Assembly (NCBI GenBank): GCA_964234715.1
Contig: OZ174289.1
Direction: 5' to 3' (one strand)
Source of the DNA: Podarcis melisellensis
Taxonomy: Eukaryota
DNA: 64,000 nt
In this document: piece after piece, positions 1-30,975 of the stretch
Layout of the letters: every line of letters starts with the position of its first letter
How positions within the stretch are numbered: position 1 is the first letter of the stretch
Translations under genes and position numbers: made by a program
The notes under the pieces: generated by a model
What the model was told of the DNA's origin: nothing
What the model saw: only the letters and a program-made list of their open reading frames with translations
Databases searched by the model: none

Positions 1-753
1 AGGAATTTTCCTGACGTATGGCAAGTCTAGATCTGCTGCTCTGATGGATCCTGCTGCCATAGGAAGAGATCTCACCTTGCCTAGCTCTGGAGGATGACCA
101 ACGGTTAAGGATAATGGAGTCCAGCAACATGTCGTTCGCTATTCCTGCTTTAAACTTAAGAATGATGTGAAGAAGTGCTTATTCCTCTACCATTTACTTT
201 TCTCTCCATTTTTGCCATGGCTTCATCTTACACTCAGCCTCTTATCTCGTCCCCAGAAATATATCTAACTTGGATGCCTGAGTCAATGGGCAAAATAGGG
301 AGGACCATACAGGCCTCACATCATGAACAAGAAACCAAGATGGTGGAAATCACCCAAGGAACTTGGATGGAAATATTGAAATACTAAAATAAAAAATTAA
401 GAGAGTCCCCCACCTAGTTCTCACACTTAGGAATAACGAGACTGTGCCAGAGCAGAATCCCCTCATCATTCCCGACCAGACCATAAGGTCCATTAATCCC
501 TCCCCAGTGCTCTGTTTCTGACAGTGGGCAGCCAAAGGCTGCTGGGAATCTTGAAAGCAGGGCCCAGAGGCCCCGCCCTGCCCCCCTTCTCTTGTTCAGA
601 CGGTAGACGTGTGCCTGAAGATGGAAGTTCCATTTGCCAAGCCGCTGCTGGATGGGTCCACCACAAAAATCCCCCTGCCCCTTTCCCCTGCGCGCTCACC
701 AATGGCTTGGTGCCCACCAGTTCACGGCAGTGCCAGGGGGCTTCCTCCCGACC
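1..753 (-). other. PRDM12: PRDM12 3' UTR (partial, probably continues past the window start)
   Basis: Lies downstream of the stop codon; no AATAAA seen on the minus strand in this interval. Confidence 0.6.
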
Positions 754-18847
<18,094 letters not shown>

Positions 18848-18987
18848 AAGGACAAGGTGGGGCGAGGCTTCAAGGGAGATGGTAGGTTTTGGGGTGTGGG
18901 GGAGTGTGTGTGGAAGTGGGGGGCAAGCTTGGAGCTGGGGTCTGCGTGGGGGTCAGAGATCCTGGGCAGCTGGCTCTGATCTGTTCG

Positions 18988-18992
<5 letters not shown>

Positions 18993-19049
<57 letters not shown>
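18993..19049. repeat. (GA)n / (CT)n microsatellite in the putative PRDM12 5' UTR
   Basis: Direct reading. Confidence 0.97.
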
Positions 19050-19054
<5 letters not shown>

Positions 19055-19139
19055 AGGGAGGTGGGCTGTCCCAGGAGCAAGTGGAGACCCCCAAGCCACT
19101 GCCTGCTTTGCAAGTGGCAACAGAGTCTTCTGGGCCCAG

Positions 19140-19235
19140 ATCCTGAGGGCTGGTACTATATATGCGCTCCGATGACCCCTCTAATTGGTTATTAATAACC
19201 CCCCCTCCTCTACCACCCTGACGTCGCAAGATAGA
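19140..19235 (-). promoter_or_regulatory. Putative PRDM12 core promoter: TATA-like box, CCAAT/TAATTG, 14-bp palindrome, CRE-like site
   Basis: TATATA at 19157-19163; ATTGG at 19184-19188; GGTTATTAATAACC at 19187-19200; TGACGTCG at 19219-19226. About 300 nt upstream of the ATG with no intervening AUG. Confidence 0.55.
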
Positions 19236-21649
19236 CTTGTTCTACCAGAAGGAGCCAGCGCTTGAGAAAAGGGAGAGAGTGGGAAGGAGGGAGGGGGGCC
19301 CTCCTCCTTTAGAGGGGGTGGGGGCAGCTGATCTAGGCAGAGGTGGGGGGAGAGGGAGAGGCGGAGAGTCTGCCTTTCCTAGCCCACCCTGAGCCCACCA
19401 ATGGAGGCAGAGACAGAGAGAGGCAGGACGATGTGTAGGAGGGGGGGGGGGGGAGAGAGAGAATCACATCTTTCGACACCTGCTATTTCCAAAGGTTCCT
19501 GGCACGCACAAAAAGCCTTGCCAGCCTCTTTAAACAACTCCCGGGAAGACTAGAGAGGAGAAGAGAGTTTAAAAATTAAAATAATAATGTTGATAATAAT
19601 CTAGGAAGGGATTCTGGCACACGCAGAGATCTCATCGCACCTGCAAGGTCCGGGGATCTATCCCGCCCCCCTCCCTCGATTGGAAAGAGGGGTCTTTTAT
19701 TAAAGCGCAAAGAAGGGAATACTGAGGCTAGGATGAAGTGGGTCTTCATTAATGGGGCAAGTGGAGAGCCTCCATACACCTGCCCAGAGGTGTAAGGAGC
19801 GAGCGATCGGCTGGCGTTCCAGCCGAGAAAGAGAAAACGACGAGAAAACGAGAACCGGGAATCTTAGACGTGAAACTGACCCGGGAAATGGACGAGGCGC
19901 GCTGCGCTTGGGTTGGAAACTGAGAGACAGCGCAGATCGGAGGGGTCCTCTTACGTTTTCGAAACAGTATGAATAAATATAGATAGATACTTCTCCCACC
20001 TGCCCCAGCTCCCAAATATTACGCAGACCTCCTCAAAATTTCGAATCCTGCTTCCCTTAGCAAAATCCACAGCACGCGCGCCTTAAGATGTTCGATTCCT
20101 TCCTAAGAGTTTCTGAGCTAGTGGAGACGGGGATCCGCGCGCTTCTTTGGACGCTCGTTTCCACCCAAGCGCTTTCTCTCCCAATCCGATCGCCAGATAT
20201 TATGGACACAGGTCGTTTTGGGAAGAGACGGGGACGTCGGGCGAAGGAAAAGGGGGAGCTGAGTCCCCATAGGAAACTCGGGGGCGCTCTCTCTCACGCA
20301 AAGATTGAGGGTTGTTCAGGAAGGGCAAGTCAGATAGAATTTCAGTGTAGGATTAGGTGTGAGAGAGATTGAGAATAAGAGACTATACAAGAAATTGTAT
20401 TAAGCAGATAAGTCAAGAGGAATTTTCTGAAGCTCTGGAGCTTGTTCGAAGAACGTCTCTACCTAGCTGGATGGATGGGGCAGAAAGAACGCGAAAGCCG
20501 CTCTGTGGATACGCTGCTCGGAACCGCTTTTAAGCGGCAGAAACGGGAACGTCTGAATAATAATAATAATAAACTAGCCTTACAGAATTACCTGGGTGAA
20601 AATACAGAACGTCCTGGTCGTGTGTTGATTTTTTAAAAGCAACAATCTTTATTTGTCTCACGCATACCGTACGCGCTTTTTCGTTTTAAAAACGAAAATG
20701 TTTTTTCATAGTTGATGTTTTGAGGGATGATCAAGAAAAGAATCAAGGATTCTAAATAAAAACAAATATTCCAAATCTGTCAGTCTCTTTCTTTTTCAAA
20801 TAACGCCGCCCCACTTTTTTAAATCCGGAGTGGAACTAGATTAGAGAGAGAGAAGCAATTTGTTTTTCTTACATTTCAGAACAGAAATCTCCCCCTCCCC
20901 TCTTTAATACCAAAAATGATAATGTCGACGGCTATCGTTATAACCAATGATAATTAGATACGGATCGGTTCCCCTTCACCACCAATTAAGTTGCCTCAAA
21001 CCGGATCAAGAAGCGAAAACGCTTTCAAATCCGTTTAGGCGCCTACGAGACAGGGGTCCAGGTCTAGGATGTCGTCTTAAAGCTTCGCAAAGTGCATCAT
21101 CCCTAAAACTCTCCGGCGGAATACAGGATCTGCCCTTTTAGGCTGAAGGCTACGGGACCGAGAAAGATTTGATTGACGGCTGAAAAACCCCCAGTAGGAA
21201 ACATTTTTATTTTATTTTCTCCCCAACATCCCCCACTTTTCTAAGCGTCAGTTACAGAAGCAGATTATAGTGGCGACGCGCTATTTCTCTCCATGGGCAT
21301 AAACACAGTCCTGAGAGAATAGAGGGTTCAAAAACAAAACAAAAACAAAACCCAGGCAGCCATCTGCGCAGCCCGTAACCAGGTTTGCAAGTCCCGAACA
21401 GGTAATCGGGAGTCTCTTTCCCAGGGGAAAACGGGCACTGCCAGGCTCCTCGGAGCGGCCACCTTTCGCTTAGGGAGGATCCGATATGTAAATCGGAAAG
21501 GAACCCAGAATTTTTATTATTTCTATTATTACTATTATTATTATTGGCGGCGGCGGCGTCATTAAACAGAACCACAGACATCTGAAATAGGCTAAAAGCA
21601 ACGCCTTAAACTCGGATTTAGGGGCGCAAAGTTTATGAACAGTTGATAC

Positions 21650-21970
21650 AGAGAGAGAGAGACGCACAAGCGCACGAGAGAGGTAGATAGAAGAAACACG
21701 GAGGCACATACATCAAGATAGACAGACTGACAGACAGACACGCACACCCACCAGAAAGAGAATTAGACATCCACAATTAGATACACGCAGAGTTAGATAG
21801 ATATGCACAAAGGTATACACGCACACGCTATAGAGAACGAGCGAGAGAACGAATTAGATGAGTTAGATAATACACATCGGTACGCGCACGTTATTTAGAG
21901 AGAGACGAAGAAAGTTAGATACAGAGAGACACACAGAAAGACACGCAATATATAGTTATGCACAGATATA
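21650..21970. repeat. Degenerate GATA/GACA/CA low-complexity region
   Basis: Recurrent agatag, gacaga and acacgc units. Confidence 0.6.
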
Positions 21971-24900
21971 CACGGTCACCCCCCCCCCGCAGTCTTCCCA
22001 GCTCAGCACCTCCTCAGTCGTCCCCTTTGAGATCCTCACTCTTCCCCTCCTCAAAAGGTAATTTTGCCACTGGTTGGAGGACCAACTTCGCAATCGATAG
22101 GTGCGGGGGGGGGGATAAAATATATCCGGCCTCACCGTCTCCTAAGAAGATGTTTTAGGTACAGAAATATATAATATTAAAAGATTTAGAGGGGGAAAGC
22201 TATTCTCCAAATAAATGAGTAAAAAGTCTGTTGTGTCTTTAAAGCTCCCTGGATTTCTTAGGTAGAGGCGTAGGAAGGCTGATTTGCTTTGCCATTCAGG
22301 TCAATAGATATGAGGCAGGGAAAGAGTTTGCATTTGACTCTTTGTATTGTATGACGCGGATTCTCACAACCGCTTTACACGGATCATCTATTTCGCAAGA
22401 CGTTGAGGTTGAAGACGAAAACGGAGCGGGGAGGTGAGGTTGGGAAGCTGGAAACCTCTTTCCTTTGACAGGCTTTTGTGATCGCTGACCCGGGTTCACA
22501 CGGGTTTCCCATCCATACTAGCAAAGTTGCGCCTGTGCATGTTTTGCTTGTTGCACGTACGGGTTTGTTTGTTTTTTTAAAAAAATTCTTTAGTAAGAAA
22601 GAAGCTTGAAACGGTGGAGTACAAATCACTTGTGAAGCAGCGCGGCCCCGTGGCAGATTCATCAACACGGAGTAAAAGGATCTGATCATGGATAGGGTGT
22701 TTTAATTGCATAAATTTTATTGCTAAATGAAAATTCCGGACGGGAGGAGAATAGAGTACTCTCTTTCGCAACAGGCATCCATCCGCGCTTGCGAGTTGCC
22801 ACCTTTCTTTCCTGGGTTTGTCCTCGCGCCTTTAACGCGCCACTCGCGTTTCGGAGGGGAAGCTGCGCGTGGGGTTCTAATCCTAGGGGAAAAAACTCTC
22901 CCAGCTGATTATTTTTGCTTGGCTGTTGCTGGTTAACAAAAGTAGGGGGTGCGGGTTGTTGACGTGAAACCCAATATGCTTTATCTCTGTAGAGACTTTT
23001 TGCTTCTCCTGATCGGAGGACACACTGCAAGGGACGAAGCTCGCGTTCAGCAAAGGCTTCCAGCAAGGACCCATCAGCTGCGCATTTCAGGCAGGGGTTG
23101 TATGAGAGGGAAAGTTTGCAAATCACCCGGAGGGCTACTCATGAGCATATTAACACTAAGGCTGCCCAGGGACTTTACTAGGCACCCAGAATATTAGGAG
23201 AACAGACACCTGTTTATGGGCCATTTGCAAAGTTAGAAAGTACAGCTACAAATGTGGGGTTTAAATGTCACAGGAAGCCAGTCAGTTCCATCCAAAGCAT
23301 CAAAAGTAAGTTATTTGACTGTCATATCTCTTCACCTATCAGGAAAGTTCCTCAGCTAATTTGCATCCAACCTTCGGTCACCTTCCAAACCAGTTCCACT
23401 TCAACGTCAGAAAGATCATTCTCAGAATCAGTTCAACTGTCCGTCAGTTACTCCCATTTATTACTCCCCCAAGTCATCCCTGGGGAAAGTCTTCTCAATT
23501 TAAGAAGCACATAGTTAAACTCTAGAATTTAGACCCAGAAGAAGTAGCAATCGCCACCAACTCAGATGGCATCCAAAAATTAGGCAAAATCATGGAGGAC
23601 AAAACTCTTGATAATATCCTACTCAGCCACCATGAAAAAGCACACACCCTTCTTTTGATTTCCTCTGAATCTGTTACTCAGAAACACTCATGACAATTGG
23701 GGGCCCAGGCTACGTCAGCCTAGCAAAGGCTACCACCCTGGTAAAGTAGCCTGGATGTGGGACCTCATGGAGACTCACCTGCAAGCTGCATTGGCTTATA
23801 TCATGGATGGGGGAACTTTTTCAAAACTTTAGGCAACAGCCTTTAGGACAGCCATGTCTAGAGGTAAGAGAGCTTTCAAGTCCCCCCCAGCCAAAATACA
23901 TGAACGGAGGATGAGGGACGGGGGATGGATGACAACCCAGATTCAGCAGCTCATAACTCATCCTTCTTCAATAAGCCCCTTCACAGGAAGACACCACTTC
24001 CAAGTTTGCTTCACATAAATTCAGGTGCATCCATTACCAAGTTCTGGAGCACACCCTACAGGAGCTGATGTCTCAGCACTAGCCTGGCTCAGACTGAAAG
24101 TCTATATAACAGGTGAAAACTCTGCCCCTTTCTGGCACTCAGGAAGGCTCAACTCTGGCACATGCCTACACAAGCTTCCCTCACCTCCAGAGCAGTCTTG
24201 TGCAGTTGGCTCAATTACCCTGGCCCTGGTGGCCACTCCATTAGGGCAAATTAGCCCCCACCTGCTTTCCTTTCTTACCTGCAACCAGTCCAAGGGGCAG
24301 CCCTGTCTGCCAGCTTTCTCCTTCTTAAGTCTCGGGTTGCCCTTGTAGAACTCAGCAGGGACGATGATTGGGGCAAACCTAGAATTAGTTTGTTCTGCCT
24401 GTCACTGGCTGTGGCGCCACCTACTGTTGGGCTCCCTGCCTTCCACCCTACCAATCCCAATGAACACCATCCATTGCTAGTCCTGGAATTAATTGGGGGG
24501 GCAGCTGGCCCAAGTTCCACCGAGAAGCTGAAGCAGCCAGCATGGGAACCTTCAGTGCTGTGGCTGGAACTGTGGGATCTGGAGGTTCTGCTAGTGTGGG
24601 AGTCCACAGGGGTATTTAGGGAGGCTTTTCACCGGAGGCAGTTTTAGGGCAGCACAGCAGTGCTTTAGAATGGTGTGAGAGGCGGAGAGGGATGCCAAAT
24701 TTTAGTGTTGCACAGGACACCACTAAAGTCCGAGAGCCCAAAGTCTGCCACTGCTTTCGCATACACCCTAGGAGGTTCTGGAGGGCACACTGTCACCTGC
24801 AGGCACCACACTGGCAAAGCCTGACCTAAACAGCCTCCATTTCTTCAGCTGAACTGCATGAGGTACTTAGATGTGAGGCTGCACTGGTGGATTTGACAGA

Positions 24901-25068
24901 GGGCCAAGAATGTTTTTATCTCCAAGTGACTCAGCAAATAGATTTCTTCAACTTAATGCGGAGCCTAAACTGACTGCCAGGTCTGAATCGTGGAAGGGAT
25001 CTATGGTAGGCACCCACCACTCAGACCAAACTGGTCTGACCAGCTGGTGATATCTGAGGTACTGAATA

Positions 25069-25283
25069 CAGTGGTACCTCAGGTTAAGAACTTAATTCGT
25101 TCTGGAGGTCCGTTCTTAACCTGAAACTGTTCTTAACCTGAGGTACCACTTTAGCTAATGGTGCCTCCCACTGTCGCCGCACGATTTCTGTTCTCATCCT
25201 GAAGCAAAGTTCTTAACCTGAGGTACTGTTTCTGGGTTAGCGGAGTCTGTAACCTGAAGCATCTGTAACCCAAGGTACCACTG
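25069..25283. mobile_element. Tc1/mariner (Tigger-like) MITE
   Basis: TIR CAGTGGTACCT...AGGTACCACTG with TA on both sides. Confidence 0.88.
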
Positions 25284-25449
25284 TACTGGGGGGCGGGGGG
25301 ATGGGTTTGTGTTGATATGGATTGGGCTGATTCCTTATTTAATTATTGGCTCCACCTCTTTCAGCTTTTTCTGTGCCCCCTCTTTAAAGAAACACACAAT
25401 CCAATCCAAACCAGTGCAATCCAGTGTGAACTACTCTATTCTCATATTG

Positions 25450-25589
25450 TATCATATCATCATATCATCATATCATCATATCATCATATCATCCTATCAT
25501 CATATCATCATATCATCATATCATCATATCATCATATCATCATATCATCATATCATCATATCATCACATCATCATATCATCACATCATA
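25450..25589. repeat. (TATCATCA)n octamer tandem repeat
   Basis: About 17 near-perfect units. Confidence 0.93.
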
Positions 25590-25856
25590 GCATGGAGATA
25601 CATACTTGCCTGGGCTTTAAGATAATAACCTGCTGTCTCCTGCCCAGCTTTACAATGTTACAGATACCACAAGCTGGATACACCCCCTCTCTGAAACTGC
25701 AGTCGGGATATAGAAAATTCTAAGCCAGATAGACCCCTAGGTCTGACTCAGTAAAAGTCTGATGAATTGTGGCCAGAAACAAAATCAGTATCCACTGCAG
25801 CGTTTACGGGATCATTGTGACATCATCCCTATGAACATTTGTGGCCAAGTAGTCAT

Positions 25857-26218
25857 GGGACGCAGGTGGCGCTGTGGGTTAAAGCCTCAGCGCCTAGGAC
25901 TTGCCGATCGAAAGGTCGGCGGTTCGAATCCCTGCGGCGGGGTGCGCTCCCGATGCTCAGTCCCAGCGCCTGCCAACCTAGCAGTTCGAAAGCACCTCCG
26001 GGTGCAAGTAGATAAATAGGGACCGCTTACCAGCGGGAAGGTAAACGGCGTTTCCGTGTGCGGCTCTGGCTCGCCAGATGCAGCTTTGTCACGCTGGCCA
26101 CGTGACCCGGAAGTGTCTCCAGACAGCGCTGGCCCCTGGCCTCTTGAGTGAGATAGGCGCATAACCCCAGAGTCTGTCAAGACTGGCCCGTACGGGCAGG
26201 GGTACCTTTACCTTTACC
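25857..26218 (+). mobile_element. Sauria SINE, full length
   Basis: tRNA-like head with A box and GGTTCGAATCC B box; (ACCTTT)n Bov-B-type tail; TSD TAGTCATGG (25850-25858, 26219-26227); CpGs retained. Confidence 0.9.
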
Positions 26219-26815
26219 TAGTCATGGTTTGGCAGCTGTGATGCTCAGGAGTTGTGAAAGTGTGCGCAGAAGGTCAAAGAGCACCGGTTGTGGACACTTG
26301 GCTACTTGGTTGTGGACACTTCAGGAACTAGCTTGGCATAGAGAAAATGGATGCAGAAAAGTTTTGCTCCCTCTCTCATAACACGAGAACTCATGGATGT
26401 CCAACGAAGCTGGATGTTGGAAGATTGAGGGCAGATAAAAGGAAGTCTTTCTTGATGCAGTGCATAGTTAGACTGTGGAACTCGCTCCCACAGGAGGTAA
26501 TGATGGTCCCCAACTTAGATGACTTTAAAAGAGGAATGGACTGATCAATGGAGGTTAAGAGCTGTTTAAAAGTGGAACAGACTCCCTCTCCTTCCTAGGA
26601 GGTTTTTAAGCAGAGGCTGGATGGCCATCTGTCTTGGATGCTTTGGTTGACATTCTTGCATGTCAGGGGGTTGAACTAGATGACCCTTGGGGTACCTTCC
26701 AATTCTATGATTCCAAGGCTAACAATGGCTTCTAGCCGTGATGGTTACATTCTGCCTTCACTGTCAGAAGCAGTAATACTTCTAAATGTCAGTTGCTGAA
26801 AACCAGAGCAGAGTA

Positions 26816-27060
26816 CAGTGGACGCTCAGGTTGCGAATGTGATCCATGCGGGAGGCACGTTCGCAACCCGCAGTGCTGTGTCTGCACATGCGTGGGTCGC
26901 GATTCGGTGCTTCTGTGCATGCGCAAAGTGTGATTTAGCTCGGCTGCACATGCGTGAGTGCCGAAACCTGGAAGTAACCCGTTCTGGTACTTCTGGGTTT
27001 TGGCGCGTCCGTAACCCGAAAACGCGCAACCTGAAGCATCTGTAACCTGAGGTATGACTG
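26816..27060. mobile_element. Tc1/mariner (Tigger-like) MITE nested in a CR1-derived repeat
   Basis: TA-CAGTGG...GACTG-TA; its right end resembles that of 25069-25283. Confidence 0.75.
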
Positions 27061-27124
27061 TACTCTTGTTCTTGGGTCCTGCTTGTCTCTGATTGTCCAC
27101 TATAAGAACAGGATGCTAGACTAG

Positions 27125-27575
27125 ACTTTATGGGTCAAAAGCAGCACTTTGAATTGGGCCTGGGAACTAATTGGCAGCCAATGCAGTCAGGCCAGGATCA
27201 GTATAATACTCTCAATACATCTTGCTTTGGTGAACTCCTTGGCTGCTGAATTCTGCACCAGTTTAAGTTTTCAAAGTGTCTTAAGAGGCAGCCCCACGTA
27301 TAAACCATTGCGGTAATCAAACTTGCAGGTTAACAGAGCACAGAGGACAAAGTTTGGCAATCCCTTTCCAAATAGGGGCGCAGCTGGGGCACCAGCAGAA
27401 GCTGATGGAAGGCACTCTGCACCATCAAGGCCACCTGAGCCTCGAGCAACAGCAAAGGATGCAGAAGGAGCCCCAAACGGTGTACCCATTCCTTCAGAAT
27501 GCACAAATAGTGTCTCTGCTTTATCTGGATTGAGCATCAGTTTGTTGGCTCTCATCCAGTCCATTACCAAGGCAA
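27125..27575 (-). mobile_element. L2-type LINE fragment; other fragments at about 1700-2200, 7830-8030, 13180-13430, 37560-37900, 40600-41380, 57540-57700 and 60580-60830
   Basis: WMRANKLMLNPDKAE and FDYRNGLYVGLP motifs; HWL..F....FK.L motif in other copies. Confidence 0.72.
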
Positions 27576-28194
27576 GGTTATGTTGAACCTCAGATTTGGG
27601 TTAGTTTCTTTCATCCCATATTTGGACTTAAGATGAGCTACTGATTAGGGCACCTTGAATTTCGTCTCTTAAAGGGAGAAATGAGCAGGCTGCAGTAATG
27701 TAATATTATGAAATTCATGAGACATAGCCTAGGGACTGCTCAAGAATCTAGCCCTGATCTCCATCTTCAGAAAAACATGATTAAAGTCAGGTTCGCTGCC
27801 ACATACAGATATTCTTGATGGTTCCACAACCTCCATATGGGCCACCTGTGGTTGGCAAACATCTGATTCAGGGCTTTGTAAAAAAAAAGTTTAGAAGAAG
27901 CCCCTTGAACATGGGCCAGCATCTGAGTCCTTCTCCACCACCAAAATATTAAAGCTTGAAGTTCCTTTTGGAGAATGCTAATCTCAGCCCCAAATTCTGT
28001 TGAACATCAGAAGAGTGTGCAAGACAGAGACGGCCCAAGACATTTTGCCACTGTAGGCAAAATGCCCTGATGCCCACCAGCCCCACCCAACAGATCCAGG
28101 TCCCCTCCCTCTCTTTGCACATTACATTGCGCCACTGCTGCTTTCAGCCCCATCGTCACAACTGTATCTTCATGGTTAGAGCATGGTGCTTTAT

Positions 28195-28427
28195 CACTTT
28201 ATCCCACTTTATCACTACCTGAAGGAGCCTCAAAGCGGCTAACATTCTCCTTTCCCTTCCTCCCCCACAACAAACACTCTGTGAGGTGAGTGGGGCTGAG
28301 AGACATCAGAGAAGTGTGACTGGCCCAAGGTCACCCAGCAGCTGCATGTGGAGGAGCGGGGACGCGAACCCGGTTCCCCAGATTACGAGACTACAGTACC
28401 GCTCTTAACCACTGCACCACACTGGCA
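28195..28427 (-). mobile_element. tRNA-derived SINE (Squam2-like); diverged relatives at about 33810-33950, 38570-39010, 54500-54650 and 62845-62990
   Basis: Minus strand reads GCCAGTGTGGTGCAGTGGTTAAGAGC (A box) ... GGTTCGCGTCC (B box) ... GGGTGACCTTGGGCCAGTCAC core. Confidence 0.7.
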
Positions 28428-28833
28428 CACCAACACTGCAAGGGGTTGGTCTAGATGACCCCTGGGGTCACTTGCAATTCTACAATTATCTGATTCTATG
28501 ATTCTAAGCTGCAGCTGCACCCACGCTGCCAGCATGATGCTGCTGCTGCTGCAGCAGCAGTTAGGGTGCCTTGGTGAGAGCAGTGGGGCTGTGTTGGTGG
28601 CCTGGGTGAAGTCACAGTGAGTCTGGCAGCAGTGCAACAGAAGGGGGGGGGGTTCCACTGCCTGAAGCAAATGGCTCCACTTAGCCTAATGCACAGGCTG
28701 CCTCTGCAGCTGCTGGATCAGGCCAGTGGCCCATCTAGTCTAGTAACCCGTTCTCACTGTGGCCAACTAGATGCAACAAGCAGGATCCAAGCTCAAGAGC
28801 ACTCCCCTGTCCTATGATTTGCAGCAACTAGTA

Positions 28834-29272
28834 CAGTGGTACCTCGGGTTAAGTACTTAATTCATTCCGGAGGTCTGTCGTTAACCTGAAACTGTTCTTA
28901 ACCTGAAGCACCACTTTAGCTATGGGGCCTCCCACTGCCACTGCGCTGCTGGAGCACGATTTCTGTTCTCATCCTGAAGCAAAGTTCTTAACCCGAGGTA
29001 CTATTTCTGGGTTAGCGGAGTCTGTAACCTGAAGCGTATCTAACCTGAAGCATATGTAACCCAAGGTTTAAGAACAGTCCGGTTTAAGAACGATTTGGTT
29101 TACGAACTCTGCAAAACCAAAAATAGTGTCCCAGTTTGCGAACTTTACCTTGGCCTAAGAACGGAATCCGAACGGTTGAAGGGCACCGGCAGCGGGAGAC
29201 CTTATTAGGGAAAGTGTGCCTCGGTTTAAGAAAGGTTTTGGTTTAAGAACAGACTTCTGGAATGGACTAAGT
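28834..29272. mobile_element. Composite of two related Tigger-like MITEs
   Basis: 28834 to about 29066 is near-identical to 25069-25283. It then switches to a related sequence in the opposite orientation. Confidence 0.7.
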
Positions 29273-29389
29273 TCTTTTTCAATGGCATTTCAAATATATA
29301 AAATTTCATTTAAACACACGGTGCCTTGGAACTTTACACCCTGTGTAAATTGGGAGTTTCCTGTACCCCACTCACTGTTGGCAATTTAC

Positions 29390-30975
29390 AGCAGATGACG
29401 ATAGAACAAAAACAAAATTTATTAAATTAGAGATGAAGGAAATTAAAAATGATATGGACAATTTGGATTAAAAATAGACAAAACAAATTGGCAAGACTAG
29501 AAGGAACAGTTAATAAAAATAGAATAATCTTATACACAAGCATCTATAGAAATGAGGCAACTGATTGATAAAGTGGAGACTTTGGAAAGTAAAAGTGAAG
29601 TTCTAAACAGAGATGGGCAGATAGTTGGATAAAAAGGTAAAGGGACCCCTGACCATTAGGTCCAGTCGTGACCGACTCTTGGCACTAATGAAGCTAAGGG
29701 GAAAGGAGTTCTACCTAAGATTGAGAGTGATTGCAGAAGAGGAGGGTGAGTATATTTTTGTTGGCATCTGTCTGCCTCAAGAGACAATGGAGTGCACCTC
29801 TGGGGGTGAAGCCAAACCACTGCATTACCAGCACCAAAGTGACCTTCCTGGGCTTTGGGTATGGAGGTCCTGGGCTGCCCAGATGACAAGACTCACTGAT
29901 GTGCTTCAAAGGAAAGGAAAGCAATGCATCTTGCACCATCTTAGCTGCAGAAGTTGCCGGAAGGAGGAATACAAGACACCATCCAACTGTCTTAGGGACT
30001 CAACTCCAGATTTGCGCAGGGTTTACTCCTTGGCCTTTCCTTCTCCTGAAGATGTCCCACAGGCAGTGGAGGTTTAGGATCAGAGTTTTCCATCTCCTAG
30101 ATGGGTTATCTTCTCAGGTTGATGAGCCTCATCTGCTCCTATGATATTAGGGATAAAGTTATTAATTCCTTGGCATGCATTTTGGAAAAAGATGTGGGCA
30201 ATGTGGAGGCAGAAAGAAAAAAAATACACATTTTCAATTAATACAGAATTAATACACATTTTGCAAAATTAGCAACATACTTTATGGAGAAATCCAAACT
30301 GGAAATGGAAGAAATACAAGTGGATGAAACTGAAGAAACAGAATTGGGAGCTGTGGTTATAGGTTAACATTTAATTGAAGTCAGAACTTTTCCTTCTAGG
30401 AATAATGAATATACAATTAGAAAAGGACCATGGAACATTATTTCAATATATGATCTCAGTGGTGAGTTTTTTATATGCACAAAGTTGGAAAGATTCATAA
30501 TTACCTACCATGGAGGAATGGTTGCTAAAATTATTGGACCTAGCTGAGATGGTGAAGTTGACATGTTTAATTGGGGCGGGGGGGGGGAACTATTGTTGAT
30601 ATTTACTAAAGATCAGGTATTCCTCTTGTGTAAAAGAAAAGAAAAAAAAATTGTGATATCTGGGTTTGGGGATTGAATAAAATATTGGATTTTAGAAAGG
30701 GGAATAGTTGGATATTACCTTGGAGTGAATGTTTTGAATAATTTTCTATATATATCTGTCAGATGAAGAATGGGAAGTTTTCCTTTCTCTTTTTTGTCCC
30801 CCCCTTCCCTTTCTTCTTTCTATTTCTCTCTCCCCCCCCCATTTTTAGTTTGTGGGTTTTTTAAAATTAGTTTATTTTATCTTTGATCTTGTAAAAGAAA
30901 ATTGGGTGTTTGATATTAGCTATTGTATATCATTTCCCAAACTTTAATAAAATCTATTGGGGGGGAAAGAAAGAA
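29390..30975 (+). mobile_element. Decayed, internally deleted L1-like element with nested insertions
   Basis: A-rich ORF1-like coiled-coil fragments, then an ORF2 C-terminal remnant (LFQYMISVVSFLYAQSWKDS*LPTMEEWLLKLLDLAEMVKLT, about 30420-30570), a T-rich 3' UTR and AATAAA near 30946. Confidence 0.6.
29633..29678 (-). mobile_element. 5'-truncated Sauria SINE tail
   Basis: aaaggtaaagggacccctgaccattaggtccagtcg is identical to the tail at 36956. Confidence 0.8.

Noticed and set aside
25857-25935. tRNA-like A/B boxes here and in other SINE heads
   Set aside because: They belong to SINEs with bodies, tails and TSDs, with no complete cloverleaf, so they are not tRNA genes.
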